From the human T2T-CHM13v2.0 reference genome, Homo sapiens: DNA of 64,000 nucleotides. Below the pieces are notes generated by a model. That model was not told where the DNA came from, made no database searches, and worked only from the letters and a program-made list of their open reading frames with translations. Within the stretch, counting starts at the first letter, position 1; every line of letters starts with the position of its first letter. Both the position numbers and the translations under genes were made by a program. Below, one piece after another: positions 47,681-62,199 of the stretch. The DNA lies in the NCBI RefSeq assembly GCF_009914755.1, contig NC_060929.1; one strand, written 5' to 3'.

Positions 47681-47886
47681 CTTAAGACCTGAACTCCAAA
47701 GATCAAGCACATTTTCCATCTTCTGAAGGTTTTCATCAGAAACAAGAAAATCGCTCACAAGTATTTCATGGGCATCTGTATGACTAGAATTTGTTGCTGG
47801 TGAGGAAGAGTCAGCTAAAAGATGTGAACTGAAAAAATCCATGACTGGGTGAGAAGGCTTCCTTGGCGATAACACTGGTGATGACT
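47681..47886 (-). CDS. POC5: POC5 exon 5 ([24 protein letters not shown]...[12 protein letters not shown])
   Basis: ORF 47645..47875; ttattcag| acceptor, AAG|gtacgg donor; 206 nt. Confidence 0.95.
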
Positions 47887-48421
47887 CTGAATAAAAGAAA
47901 AGTTGTAGCTGTCAAGCCAAATTGAAAATAACTCAAGTTGGTAAGGAACCATACTGGAAGGCTAAAAGACGTCTGCTACTTATGGAGGCTGAGAAAAAAT
48001 GCAGAGAAACTACCTTTCAGGTGTACCTTAATCTATTTTTAATTTCAGTATTGTCAGTGATTTAGCACAGACTGGCATGAGATACCTCCTATACTCCCAA
48101 TCCCTTCTCTCCCAGCAAATGACCTCTATCCCAGATAAGGATCCTTCATATATCCAGGTCCAGCCTGAGGTGAAACTATCATCATCTGTATCATATCACC
48201 ATTAATGAAGTGCTTTCTGTTTCTGTAATAAAAACATTATAAAGATTAGTTCTCATAACACATGCTACCCTAAAAAATAGGTATTATTATCTCCATTTTA
48301 CTGATGAGAAACTGAGGTTCAGAAAAAGTTAAGTAATTGACCAAGGTCAGTGTGGTTGTATATAGGTCAATATTACTCTGTAAGTTTAACACTGGGATTG
48401 GTTTTAATACTATTAAAATTC

Positions 48422-48764
<343 letters not shown>

Positions 48765-48949
48765 TTAGTTTTGCAGATACTCTGTTGTTAAGTACACTGT
48801 TAGGCTTCAATGTAGAGGTGAGAAATGTACACATCTCTATATGTATGTGCATATATATAAAACGCTCATCCCCTGCCCATATCCAGGGAGGTGGGGGAGA
48901 GTCAGGGCCCTAAAGAGAACAGGTATCTATTTCTAAAAAAGCACTGAAA

Positions 48950-49246
<297 letters not shown>

Positions 49247-49992
49247 GCACTGAGAAAGAAAAGTTAATATTTTCTCACATATTTATGCTGGAATTAGAGA
49301 CTATCTGTCATCACTTGTCACATATCTCACATTTGCTACGAGCATCCTAATAACAAAGATGGAAGAGCTTTCTTCCTACTGAAGGAAAGATGAATCTATG
49401 ATAGAGAACTTGTTACTTAAATCTTTCAAGAATTCTTTTTTAAAATTTGTAAGATTTTAGTTTTTTTGCAAACATATTCTGCTTATGTAAAGACTTCTTT
49501 GCAAAAGGGAAAATAATTCCCTAACATGTGTGTTTGGTATAAAAAACATAACACAAGGTCTGGGCTAGTCATACTATGAAATGCTATCTGCATGTTCTGA
49601 GGATGGTTAAGAAACCCAAAGAACAGGTGGAATGACAATGTACATGAATATTCTCTTTTACTTGATTTTGCCAACTAGATCTGTACTCACAAAGAAAGCG
49701 ATAGACTCTGCTTTTCAATTTAAAAAATATCTCAACACTTACCTTTTAAGAAATCAAATCATGTAACTTCAGAACTTGTAAGGGCTGTCAGAGATTATGA
49801 TGCCTAAGACTTCTACTTACAAGTGAGGAAACTAAGGGTTAGAGGCATTACTTACGTGGTGACAAAAATGGTTACCACATTAAATAACATTAAATAGAAA
49901 AATATTCCACAATATTACATTTTAATTAATTATTCTGACTAGTCAAGAAAAAAGTCTCAGTCCAGTTCTAGTATGCTTTTAAAAGTTCTTTA

Positions 49993-50300
<308 letters not shown>

Positions 50301-50779
50301 AACAATCCCCCCAAAAAGCCTCTTTAAGATTTGCTAATCTTCCCTTTTAACAAAGACAAAGCAGACTTTTAAAGAAAAACACTAAATGATGGCGTAACAG
50401 GTGGCATAAAGATAGGATGAAAATCCTTACACTGGTACGCAAATGCCTGAAAGTTGGGAAACAGTGCATTGGTTTACATAAAAACTTGAATTGGCCAAAC
50501 TATCTAATATCCCATTAAATCTTTTAAAAGACTTGCCCTCTAACTTAGCAATTTTAAGAAAGGATACTACACACTATAATGCATTGACCTGTCTTAATTG
50601 TACTATTTTGGTATCTTATCAAATTATTTTAAATATTATCACTTAAATTAGCAATAATAGCATTTTAAAATCCTGCTAATAAATAATATGCTGAAATTAT
50701 TCCTCTTACTACATAGATAATATTCATCAAACCACAAAATGTTGTATATTAATACAAATAAGCTAAAGAAAAATCATAC

Positions 50780-50863
50780 CATCTGTCTTTGAATGACTTG
50801 AAATATGGAAATCACATCCTTTTCCAACTTCTATTGCAGTTTCTCTTACTTCAGAGTTATTTC
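50780..50863 (-). CDS. POC5: POC5 exon 4 (GNNSEVRETAIEVGKGCDFHISSHSKTD)
   Basis: ttttggcag| acceptor, ATG|gtatga donor; 84 nt, phase 1-1. Confidence 0.94.
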
Positions 50864-51638
50864 CTGCCAAAAAGAAAGCTTTTTAAAATTAAACTGAACC
50901 ACTCTTAAATAAAATGTCTAATCACACATAATTTAAGAAGGTAGCAGTACATAATATTTTAGAACAAACAAAATACAACATGCTGGGGATATAGGAACAC
51001 TAAAACAAAGGACAAGAACAGATAAAAATCTGAGACTAGAAAAAGACTTACTATATCATTGATAAGCTCCAACTTATGCACCAAATATAGATGAGAGATA
51101 ATGTAGTCTACTATAGCATTCAATTCACACTAAGAGAATAAGTGGGTGAATGACATTAGAACTTAGAAAAGGATCTGCTCTCTTATGACACTGGGTATTT
51201 CCAGAGGCCCGCTGCTTTTCACTAGCCACAATCAAACTCAAGTGGCACTGGCTCCCCCAAAACATTTGCTTCCACTTCAGGAACCTGTAGTCAACAGATG
51301 GCAAAAAGGAAACTGGGAAAAACCTCTCAAGAATGACTGTTAGAGGCTTACACATACTTTGCCAATTTCCACATACCATGCCTTCTATCAAGCAACTGAG
51401 ATACCAAGAATAAAGAGAATGTGGGATGATGAATTTACATAGAAGACTTTAACAAAGTCTACTTGTGAATCAAGATGACTAAAGGATATCTAAACTTACT
51501 ATATAACGTATGTTTTAATCTCAAATCCTTTTTGGAAATGGCAGAGAATAAATAAATGCTATCTTACATAAGAGAAAAGAACAATGGTCTTAAATCCCAG
51601 ATGATTACCTTGAACTGTTGACTACAGCATCTCGAAAG

Positions 51639-51924
51639 TTTTTTCTTTTTTTTTTTTTAAACAGAGTCTTGCTCTGTTGCCTAGGCTGAAGTGCAGTGGC
51701 ATAATCATGGCACACTGCAGCCTTGAACTCCTGAGCTCATGCAATCCTCCCACCCCAGCCTCCCAAGGTGCTGGGACTATAGGCTGCTCTGCCCGGCTAA
51801 TTTTTTTGTAGAGCTAGGGTTTTGCTATGTTGCCTAGGCTTGTCTCAACCTCCTGGGCTCAAGCAATCCTCCTGCCTCAGCCTCTGAAAGTACTGGCATT
51901 ACAAGCATGAGCCACTGCCTGGCC
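51639..51924 (-). mobile_element. AluJ element
   Basis: Reverse dimer in POC5 intron 3. Confidence 0.9.
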
Positions 51925-52812
51925 TGTATTTTAAGGCTCTCATCCTGTGGTCCTGTTTGTTGTTCCACTGCAACAGGCCAAAGACAGAGGAACAGTGAAA
52001 AATCCACGTCTACAGAGAATGAGAGACAACAGACACTAGAGCTATGACTTAGCAGAAGCCCAGGAGCCTTTGGCCTCTGAGTAGGCTATGTCATGCGCCT
52101 TCAAGGACAGGGATCCTTGGAGTTACGCCTATAGTGTGATAACTGGTCCTTATCAGGACTGTTTTAGGAAGGCTTTCTGTGCCCTTTGAAAGAACATTTA
52201 TTTAGAGTTTGGGATGTTGTCTTCACCTGAATAAGGAATGGAGGTAAAAGGAGCTTTATCCTCTTTTCTCCACTTTTCACTCATCTATCAACACACATCC
52301 TGGTTTATAGTAGCTTTCAGTTCTGTTGCTGACATGGTCCACAGATGGGTTCACCTTGTGATAATTATTCAAACAGTCCTCCATGCCCATATAAATACTG
52401 CTGATAAAGCACTAGCATGAGGTTTGTAAAGTAATTTAAGAGACTCTCAGGGTTACCATCTTTAATTTTAGTCTTGGGCATTTAGTTTTCAGGTTAATCC
52501 TGGCATAAAACTGTTGGAACAAGTACTGAGATACAACATACCAAAAAGCCATGCAGTTGCCATAGCATTGCTTCAACTTTATTATTCTTCATAAAAGTAA
52601 GAGTCAAATGAAGTTCAAAGAAAAATCAAGCTGTCACACGAGAGTCAGGAATAATATATTAAAATGTAAAAAGCTCCCCTAGATGATACTAATACACATA
52701 AATGGTTGAGAAGAATCACTGATCTGGACAGGCATTTTCACAATCCTGTCAGTATCATTAATAAACTCAGTAATATTTTAAATTAAGAGATATCTTGAAA
52801 AATATATATAAC

Positions 52813-52951
52813 CTTGACTATGAAGAATATCATGAATTGTAGAAATTCTGACATCTGGCACCAATTCTCCCTTAGGATGAGATGACTGTGAAGCACAGGG
52901 TTCAATATTTGGAGTCACTATAGCATAATGAAGCAGTTCTTCATATTCTTC
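52813..52951 (-). CDS. POC5: POC5 exon 3 ([46 protein letters not shown])
   Basis: ctctcttag| acceptor, weak AAG|gttata donor; 139 nt, phase 0-1. Confidence 0.94.
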
Positions 52952-53152
52952 CTAAGAGAGGCCAATAATCAATAATGTAGTGTAACAGTTACAATGTTAT
53001 AATATATTCAACTGAATTTGTTTTAAAGAAATTTAATTACCATAATAGAGTCCCATGCTTATTATATTACAAAGTTTTACCACTTATTCCAAGCTTGAGT
53101 TCCTCGAGTGCTTCTTGTGTGATTTTTATATTTATGATTAACAGTTTGAAGA

Positions 53153-53440
53153 GGGCTGGGTGCAGTGACTCATGCCTGTAAACTCAGCACTTTGAGAGGC
53201 TGAGGCAGGAGGATGGCTTGAAGCCTGAGCAACAAAGTGAGACCTCATCTCTACAATAAATTTTTTACAAAAATTTGCTAGGTGTGGTGGTGTGTGCCTG
53301 TAGTTGTAGCTACTCAGGAGGCTGAGGCAGGAGGACCACTTAAGCCTAGGAACTGGAAGCTGCAGTAAGACAAGATGGCACCACTGCACCCCAGCCTGGG
53401 TGACAGAGCAAGATCCTGTCTCTGGGGAAACAACAACAAA
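53153..53440 (+). mobile_element. AluJ element
   Basis: Diverged dimer with left-arm deletion. Confidence 0.9.
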
Positions 53441-53905
53441 GTATGAAGAGGTGATAAGGTTCTGTGAGTGACTCAACACTGAATCAAAAATTTTCTATCA
53501 CTTAATTTTATATGTCAGATTGGTTTAATTGAAGATGAGACATGCTATTAAAAAGATACCATTTTTGGAACTGAAAAAAAATTATGTAACCTAAACAAAA
53601 TATAGAAGCAAACTGGATACTTAAGTTTATAAAACTGCAATGGCCTTCTATTACCCCCCAATTTCAAATGTACATTTATCAAGGCAGCTTAACTGTTTTT
53701 ATTAACTGATTGCATTTGAATTTACAAAATAAATCTATACTACTGTAGTTTTGTTTTCATCTGCTTTTTTATATCGGAATTTTAAGTAAAATTGTTTTTT
53801 AAAAAAGCTTATGCTTTTATATATTTGAAAACTGCTAGCTTTTATGGCAATTACATGTACAAGAGTGACCTGGTTTGCGCTTCAACCTTGATTTCTTGAT
53901 TTACA

Positions 53906-54205
53906 ATTTTTTTCTTCTTTTTTTTTGAGATGGAGTCTTGCTCTGTAGCCCAGGCTGGAGTGCAGTGGCATGGTCTTGGCTCACCGCAACCTCTGCCTCC
54001 CAGGTTCAAGCGATTCTCCTGCCTCAGCCTCCTGAGTATCTGGAATTACAGGTTTGTACCACCACGCCCACCTAATTTTTGTACTTTTAGTAGAGATGGG
54101 GTTTCACCATGTTGGTCAGGCTGGTCTTGAACTCCTGACCTCTTGATCCACAGCCCTGGACCCCCAAAGTGCTAGGATTACAGGCGTGAGCCACTGCACC
54201 CGGCC
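53906..54205 (-). mobile_element. AluS element
   Basis: Reverse dimer. Confidence 0.94.
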
Positions 54206-54569
54206 TGATTCACATATTTAACATAGATACTTACACGCAGTAAACATTAGGTATAGCAAATACTGATTTTTATATATTTTAAGGCTAACGACAGAAGAGG
54301 AAGAGAGAGATATTTCAAAGAGAAAATCTTTAGAAAATTCAACCAGAATCTCCTTCATATTGCTATAATCAACCATTTTTGTTAGTGATGTCACCTTCAT
54401 GAGAATAAACATCTGTCTGAGTTTTAAACTTACATTTCCTAGTAGCAAATAAAAATCAGTATTTTACATAATGGTTATCACTGAGACAGAAGGCTCTTAT
54501 TAGGAAACAAATCATTTAGGATATCACAATACAACTTTTTTTATATTATAAAACTTAAAAAAATTATTA

Positions 54570-54675
54570 AAAAATTATAGAACATTTCACAAATTTGCAT
54601 GTCCTCCTTGCACAGGGTCCATGCTAATTTTCTGTGTGGCTCCAGTTTTAGTATATGTGCTGCTGAAGCGAGCAC
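54570..54675 (-). pseudogene. U6 snRNA pseudogene, full length
   Basis: The - strand reads GTGCTCGCTTCAGCAGCACATATACTAAAACTGGAGCCACACAGAAAATTAGCATGGACCCTGTGCAAGGAGGACATGCAAATTTGTGAAATGTTCTATAATTTT; many substitutions, ACAGAGA box altered. Confidence 0.93.
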
Positions 54676-54919
54676 CAACATTTAATTTTTACATTGACAA
54701 AAGTAACTATGATTATTTAAATAGATTTAAATATCCTTAGGTTAAAAAAAATACACTTCCCAAAGCATATTGGTTTTCTAATTATCAAAAAGAAATTCCC
54801 AAAGAGCTTAATAAATTGGGGCCATGCACAAGATATTTACTAGTTCCTATAAACCTGAATGTGTGTGTTGGTCCTAATAAACTAATACATAAAATTTCAA
54901 GTGCATAGAGACTGTAACT

Positions 54920-55350
54920 AATCCAGCAGCATCCATTTCTTTTTAATTTCTTTAACTTAATAAAGCCCCAGGGTTTGATTTGGGCAAATGGCCACCCAGC
55001 TACATTTCCCAGCCTCCTCTGCAGCTAGGTGTGGCCAAGAGACCTGGTCTATGGGATTCAACTGGAAATGATGTGTACAACTTTAGGTGAAGTCCTTAAA
55101 AACGAAGCTGCTTCCTGCTGGTCCCCTCTTCCCATGGGCTAGTGGTAGTACACTGTCAGTGCACCAGTACCTGACAATGCAAACACGGTCAACAGCTCAT
55201 GGTACAGCAAAAAGAGAGAAGGGATTGGGTCCTCAGATGATCTCAGGACTACGTATCAGCTCAGAATTTATGAGAGACAGAATGAAACTGTAAGGAACCC
55301 ACTTAAACCACCCTTACTTGGTTTCTGTTAAAGCACTATTATACTTCCCA
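54920..55350. mobile_element. Old MLT1 (J/I/K-like) LTR fragment
   Basis: ctacatttcccagcctcctctgcagctaggtgtggcca motif typical of old MLT1. Confidence 0.6.
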
Positions 55351-55401
55351 AACACCCAAAATATACTTTTGATTTTGGCTAAGAATATATAAAAGTGTGG
55401 C

Positions 55402-55812
55402 TGTTATGGAGTTACGGAGTCTGAATGTTTGTGTCCCCTCAAAATTCATATGCTGAAGCCCTAACACCCAGTGTGGCTGTATTTGGAGATGAGGCCTTCA
55501 AGAAAGTAATTAAGGTTAAATAAGGTCATTGGTTGGGGCCCTGAGAGCATTAATGTACTCATCAGAAGAGACACCAGGAACCTTGTGCATGCTCTCCTCC
55601 CACCTGCACATACTGTACTGAGGAAAGGCCATGCAAAGATACAGCAAGAAGGCACCTGTCTGCAATCCACAAAGAGAGCCCTCACCAGAAACTGACCCTT
55701 TTGGGCTGTGATCTGGGACTTCTAGCCTCCAGAACTGTGAGAAGATAAATGTCTGTTGTTTAAGCCTATGAATTTATGGTACTTTGTTATGGTAGCCTGA
55801 GCAGATTAATAT
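55402..55812 (+). mobile_element. MLT1B-like MaLR solo LTR
   Basis: tgttatgg...gaatgtttgtgtcccctcaaaattcatatgctgaagccctaac...ccagaactgtgagaagataaatgtctgttgtttaagcc. Confidence 0.85.
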
Positions 55813-57451
55813 GATGGTGATCTTATATTGTGAGGTTCATAAACTTTTTATAGTGTTCCTGCTGTGGTGTCAGTTGCAACTAGATTTAGCCAAGTCAGCT
55901 CTACTCAGAGTTAGCCTATCACCACCTCTAGCATGTAGGAACGGAGGGAGAAGTGGAAGTCAGTGGCTTTCACTTGTGGCTTCCCTAGTCTGACTTCTGC
56001 TCTGGATAAGAGAAGGAAAAAAAAGATCCAAACACATATTTCAAATCATATACTTCATACATATTCATATATTTCATATATTTTACCACAATTGCTATGG
56101 CTTAAAGGGGAAATAAATAAGTATATGTCAATAGTATTCCATGACCATATATTCCAACTTATTTCAAGAAAACATTTAGAAAAAATCAGTTATTTAAATG
56201 ACTATTTTAGAGTTTCATATATGTAGACACAAGCCAAATAAGTTATTTAAAAATAAAATTTAAAATTAAGAATCAAAATAAACAATATTGGCTTTCTTAA
56301 TTGCCAAACATAACCTCTGTTAACATTCAAAACTTGTAATTTTGCCCCCCTCCCCAACCCCCAAGAGCTGAATTGATATGACCCTGAAATATAGCTCCAC
56401 CCATGCCTCAACCATTAGAGTCAGAGCAACTTGGCTGATAGGAGCTGTGGTTAGAGGAAATTTTCAGTGTATAAGCACTATGGATGCTGCCCATCCCTCA
56501 GCATTTACCACCTTCTGGCTTATGAAGCATTCGCATAAAAAGAGAGTAACAAAAAAGTTCCTTAAGAGGAATATTTATTTATGAGGGGCTTTTGTATTAA
56601 ATGTTTGGATTTACATATTTACTACATATGTAAAAATGTGTATTTTATGTTATTTTTAAGATTTTTTTTTGTATTTATATTTTGAAGTGCTTCCAGTAGT
56701 GAAACCCAAAGTAATAACACTGTATGTACAGGGAATATGGAGAGGCTTTCAACTTCAGTCCAAGAACCAGTAGGAACATTAGTTGACAGTAATAGACTCT
56801 CAGTTGAGCTTACATTATAGGTGGGTAAACAATAACACAAAATAATTTCTGGCAGGTTCTTCTTCCGTCTCTCTAAAATTCCACTCTAGAGAGTTATTCT
56901 TTTGATTTAAAGCTTTATCTCTTCACGAAATGAAATTTGAGAGCTCACAAGGTGTTTACATTTTAGTATAAATGAGTTAATCAGTTCTATCTTCAAGTTT
57001 CAATCAGACAGCGATGAAGGGTGGAGGAAGTACTGTCACCTGAAGAGAGGACTACATGGGACAGGTACCATCAAAAGGGAAGGCTAGGGTGCAAAAGCTC
57101 TGCCACAACTCCAGACTAGTTTTATCCTGTAAATATTCAGATATTTTCCCAATACCTTCCCCATTTTGAAATCCATAATTTCGATTAAAGGAACAAATTT
57201 GTTTCATAAAATATTTTCCTAAAGCTTTTCTCATATCGTACAGAATCAATAACAATTTCATATGCTTAGGCATAAACAGCCTTTCCCCTTGAGTAATACA
57301 ACTGTAAAATTTAAGATATACCATGTCATTATTCTCATATTTAAAATCTACTCCAGAAATCTAAATCCATATTTTTGATGATGAAATATTTAGAAATAAG
57401 AGAAATTTAAAACATTTCATGTAAATACCACACCCTCTGTAGTTAACTGAC

Positions 57452-57460
57452 CCACTTCAT
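57452..57460 (-). CDS. POC5: Candidate alternative POC5 start (ATG AAG TGG = MKW) spliced to exon 3
   Basis: aaaATGAAGTGG|gtcagt, a phase-0 donor matching the exon 3 acceptor. Gives 550 aa, consistent with a recalled shorter POC5 isoform. Confidence 0.6.
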
Positions 57461-57929
57461 TTTATCTGTCAATGTCCAGGTCCTGGGCAGCAGATTGTAC
57501 TGAATGTTGTGACAACAGAGACCAAACCTCAGCAAGTAGAACACAAGGGAATCTTGAGCTCTAGAACTTTGGATGGTTTGATATTGTATTAATTTGCATT
57601 AAAAGTGAAAGTAGCATTCATGAGAGGTAGCTAAAATGAAAAAAATTTAAACAAAAAAATGTTTCTTGAACATTTGTTTCACCTCTTACTGTGTTGGTTG
57701 AAGCCTTTGTACAGAGTGTATGAAGAGTTCATCAATATTTTCTGAAAAGTTAAAACAATGTAAAGTCACTCCTAAAATGTGTACAGTAATTCCTGAAGTT
57801 TGATATTATTATAAATTGAAAAACTCCCTTGTAAATGGATGAAAAAATTATTAAAAAATCCTAGTTTTCCCTTACATTCATTTGTTTAAAATAAAAAAAG
57901 TCATGGTAAATTTAGAAATTTTTTCCTAC

Positions 57930-58013
57930 CTGAAGATTCGAAGAGACAGAACTGCCTCGACTGGAGTCATTTTGCACAACTGGAAGTGAGTATTTCTCCT
58001 CATCTGATGACAT
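57930..58013 (-). CDS. POC5: POC5 exon 2 coding part with start codon ([28 protein letters not shown]); exon begins about 58027
   Basis: ORF 57912..58148; ctgttttag| acceptor, agaATGtca start, CAG|gtagga donor. Confidence 0.96.
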
Positions 58014-59173
58014 TCTGCACAAATGCTCTAAAACAGTAGAAGCTAACTTTAGCTTTTTTCCTTGATATTTAAGATAAAATCCTTTCCAGATATATATAAG
58101 TGCAACAGTATCCAAATCTGCAATCTTCCTGTGATATGCTAAAATCATTCATTCAACATATTGAGTACCTACAGGCAAAAAATCACTGGGCAAAAAACAG
58201 TTGAAGACCCAGTCCCAATATTAGTGAGTTTATAACGTAGTCAGGTCTTCAGAAAAATCCCCAGCGGGGCCTGTTGAGCATAATAGATTGTGATCACTGT
58301 TCTTGAGCAATGTGTGACAACCTGGGTGCTGTGTACTTTCCTCTAAGACACAGAACCAAGAGAGAACAAACAATTTGTGCAAATTCCCTTCTTGGGAAAC
58401 TTACCTTTGGAAATATTATTTTAAGAAAAGTGAGCTTATACAGAACAACAGAATCAAATATATGCATAGAGAATTTGTTGAAAGTCCTAATCAAAAAATC
58501 ATTAAAAGTACTTTTAGTAACAAGTAACCGAATTATTCAAAGAACAAATAGTGACTATTCGAACTATCTGAATACCAGTAATATGTAAGACATTGGTGAG
58601 GAATGTAAAATGAAGTCCTCATTCTTAAGGAGTTTACAATCTGTAGAGAGGGCCAGGCATGTATATTATATAAGTGACCGACTGATGAATAAACTGCTGA
58701 TAGGCCCTAAAATAACAGATACAAAGTAGAGAGATAGGAGTAGCTATTTTTCATGGGGTAAGATTGCATGACTGTAAATAAGCAGGAAAGGAGGCACAGA
58801 AAGTTTTTAGAGAAGATGACCCAGGTGTTGAGATCTGAAAGATGAGTAGGTCTCATCCTGAAAGATGGATAAAAGGTATAAACACAGGTGTAGATATTCT
58901 AGGCAGTAGAGCAATATAAGCAAAGACAGAGCCATGGACATGTATGCCACGAACAGCAAGCAGTTTGGTAAGGACAAAGCAATGGGTGCAAAGGATTGGC
59001 TAAGGATGAAACAAAAAGTAAGGAGCAGCCAGATCATGGAAGGTCAAAACTTGTCATATTAAAAATCTGGGTGTTTATTCTAGACAAGTTATTGAAATAT
59101 TTTTTAAAAGTTACATGATCAGAAAGATCATTCCAGCAGCGTTGAGGATGAATTTGGATATTAAGAGAGATCA

Positions 59174-59498
<325 letters not shown>

Positions 59499-60065
59499 CT
59501 AAGAGATAAATGTTCTCTTTGATAGTAATTAAGAAGATAAATGATGACCTAAGTCTAGGAAGTAGCAATGGGAAGGGGATGGAGGGTATGACTACAAGAC
59601 AGTTGTGTTATGGTGATGGAAAGAGAAAATGATCAATAATAGATCAAGGGGTTAAAAAGAACTGTTGGTGGCTTCCAGATCTCCGGTTTGGGTAACTAGA
59701 TGGATAGTGCCACTCACCAAGGCAAGGAAGGTAGGAAGATGAGCAGGTTGGGAGGAAGGACAATGAGTGCCATATCAGATGAGCTGGGTGTGAGGATGCC
59801 TCTGAGGCACTAGGGTAAAGCTGCAAGTATGCAGTCTGTGGTCACACTGGCTACGTAGTGCGCTACTCCAAGAACTGCCATTCACAATGGCTACACTGTG
59901 AATGGTGTTTCCTGGAGTTAAGCATTGTGGGAGCGCCGCACTGGAGGTATAAGTTGGAGATCCAGTTTGAGGAATCACTGGCATAATGGGAACTGCTGAA
60001 AAAAGGGAATGGATGAGACCACCTATAAAAAAGGAATGTGAGAAAAAGTTCTTATCCTGAGGTCC

Positions 60066-60728
<663 letters not shown>

Positions 60729-62199
60729 GGTCCCTATACCCGACTCGTATGCAATATTTTTATCATAAATGTGAATGTGTATTTTTCTAGAAAGAAGATC
60801 TTTCGCTTTAAATATGCGTTCAGAGGGGACCATAGCCCTAATAGAGTTAAGGACTACGACTGTGAATGAGAAGAGGGTTAAAGCCAGAACCACTAACATC
60901 TAAAGGGCAAGAGAAGAACAGTCAGCAAAGAAGAGGAGTCAGCAAAGGAAGTCAGAACATTAGAACTATGGAAGCAATATCACAACTTTGAGAAGAAAAT
61001 AGAATTAGATGCCAAAGAACCATGAGGATTGGATAGAATTTGGAGATTAGGAGGTTGCTGAGACGTTTGCTTGAACAATTTCACTGGAAAGTAAAACAAT
61101 TACAGGTCTTAGTCACAGTGGGCTGAAAAATAAATGAGAGATGAGGAAATTGAAATAGAAAAGGAAGATACAGGGAAAAGTGCAAAAATAGAATGGAAAC
61201 ACAGGCTGGAACTAAATTGTGGAAAGGAAAGTTCAACTTTTTCCAGTGAGTATCACTGTGCATACACATGTTAAGTAAACTAAATCTCAGCATGACTGTC
61301 TTTAGTTAAGCCAATTAGGGAGGATAAAATAAGTGCATGTATCTGCAGCAAGGAATGGCTGCTTCACTGACTTCAAATCTACCACTGTGATAACTTGGTC
61401 CATTTATATTTTTATTCACTTCTTCCTTCAGGATTTGAGACCAGGCAGGTAACAGGGGTGGGGGGGGGGGGGTGCTGATTATTTAAAAATGAGCTAGTAA
61501 GTATGGTCAGATCTCAAAAATTGTTTCTTAATATGGACACACTGCAGACACAAAAAAACCCACCGCACTCTTGGAAAATATGCTATCTTCCATCTGCCCT
61601 GCTTTATGTCAACAAGGTATGAGTTATTTGAAACTCTAGAACAGTAGCATTTTCCTTACTGTTTCTAGGTTCAGAAACAAAGGAGAAAAATGAAAACTGC
61701 TTTAATGGGTGGCGGACGCACATTAGTTCACTACATTTTCAGTAGTCTCTAATCCAAGGTATCAGAAAACAAGATCAAAACTTTTGTGTGCTTCTCTGTT
61801 GCCAGAAACATAAAATAACATCTTGGTAATTATCTGGCTGACAGCAAAACAGGGGTCTGGGAATTCAAATGGAACCCCCAAGAGGCAAAGGAAGAGCGAA
61901 TTAACATGCAAACTAGCAGCAGGGTGATGTCGCCTGTGCCTTTCACCAGGCCTAGCTGCACTCAAGGAAAGGGGCGCGCCAGCCCCTCCCCAAAGCAGGG
62001 ACTAGAAGCAGAGGAGAAAAGCCATTGCAGTAAGCAAAAGGCCATAAGTTTTCTTCCATCACCTTCCGACCCAGCCTGTTTTAAGAAAAATCTTACTTAA
62101 GCACAACAGAGCTTTATACATGGTTATTTTTTCTCAACGTTTTAAGTGACCGGAACCTCTGATGACAGTAATCGCTCAGCATCCCTCACTCCTGCTCAC

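Noticed and set aside
54570-54675. Functional U6 snRNA gene
   Set aside because: Many substitutions including the ACAGAGA box; no recognisable PSE/TATA upstream.
59775-59984. 69-aa POC5-sense ORF in intron 1
   Set aside because: Lies within L2-like sequence, upstream of the ATG exon, with no convincing splice sites identified.
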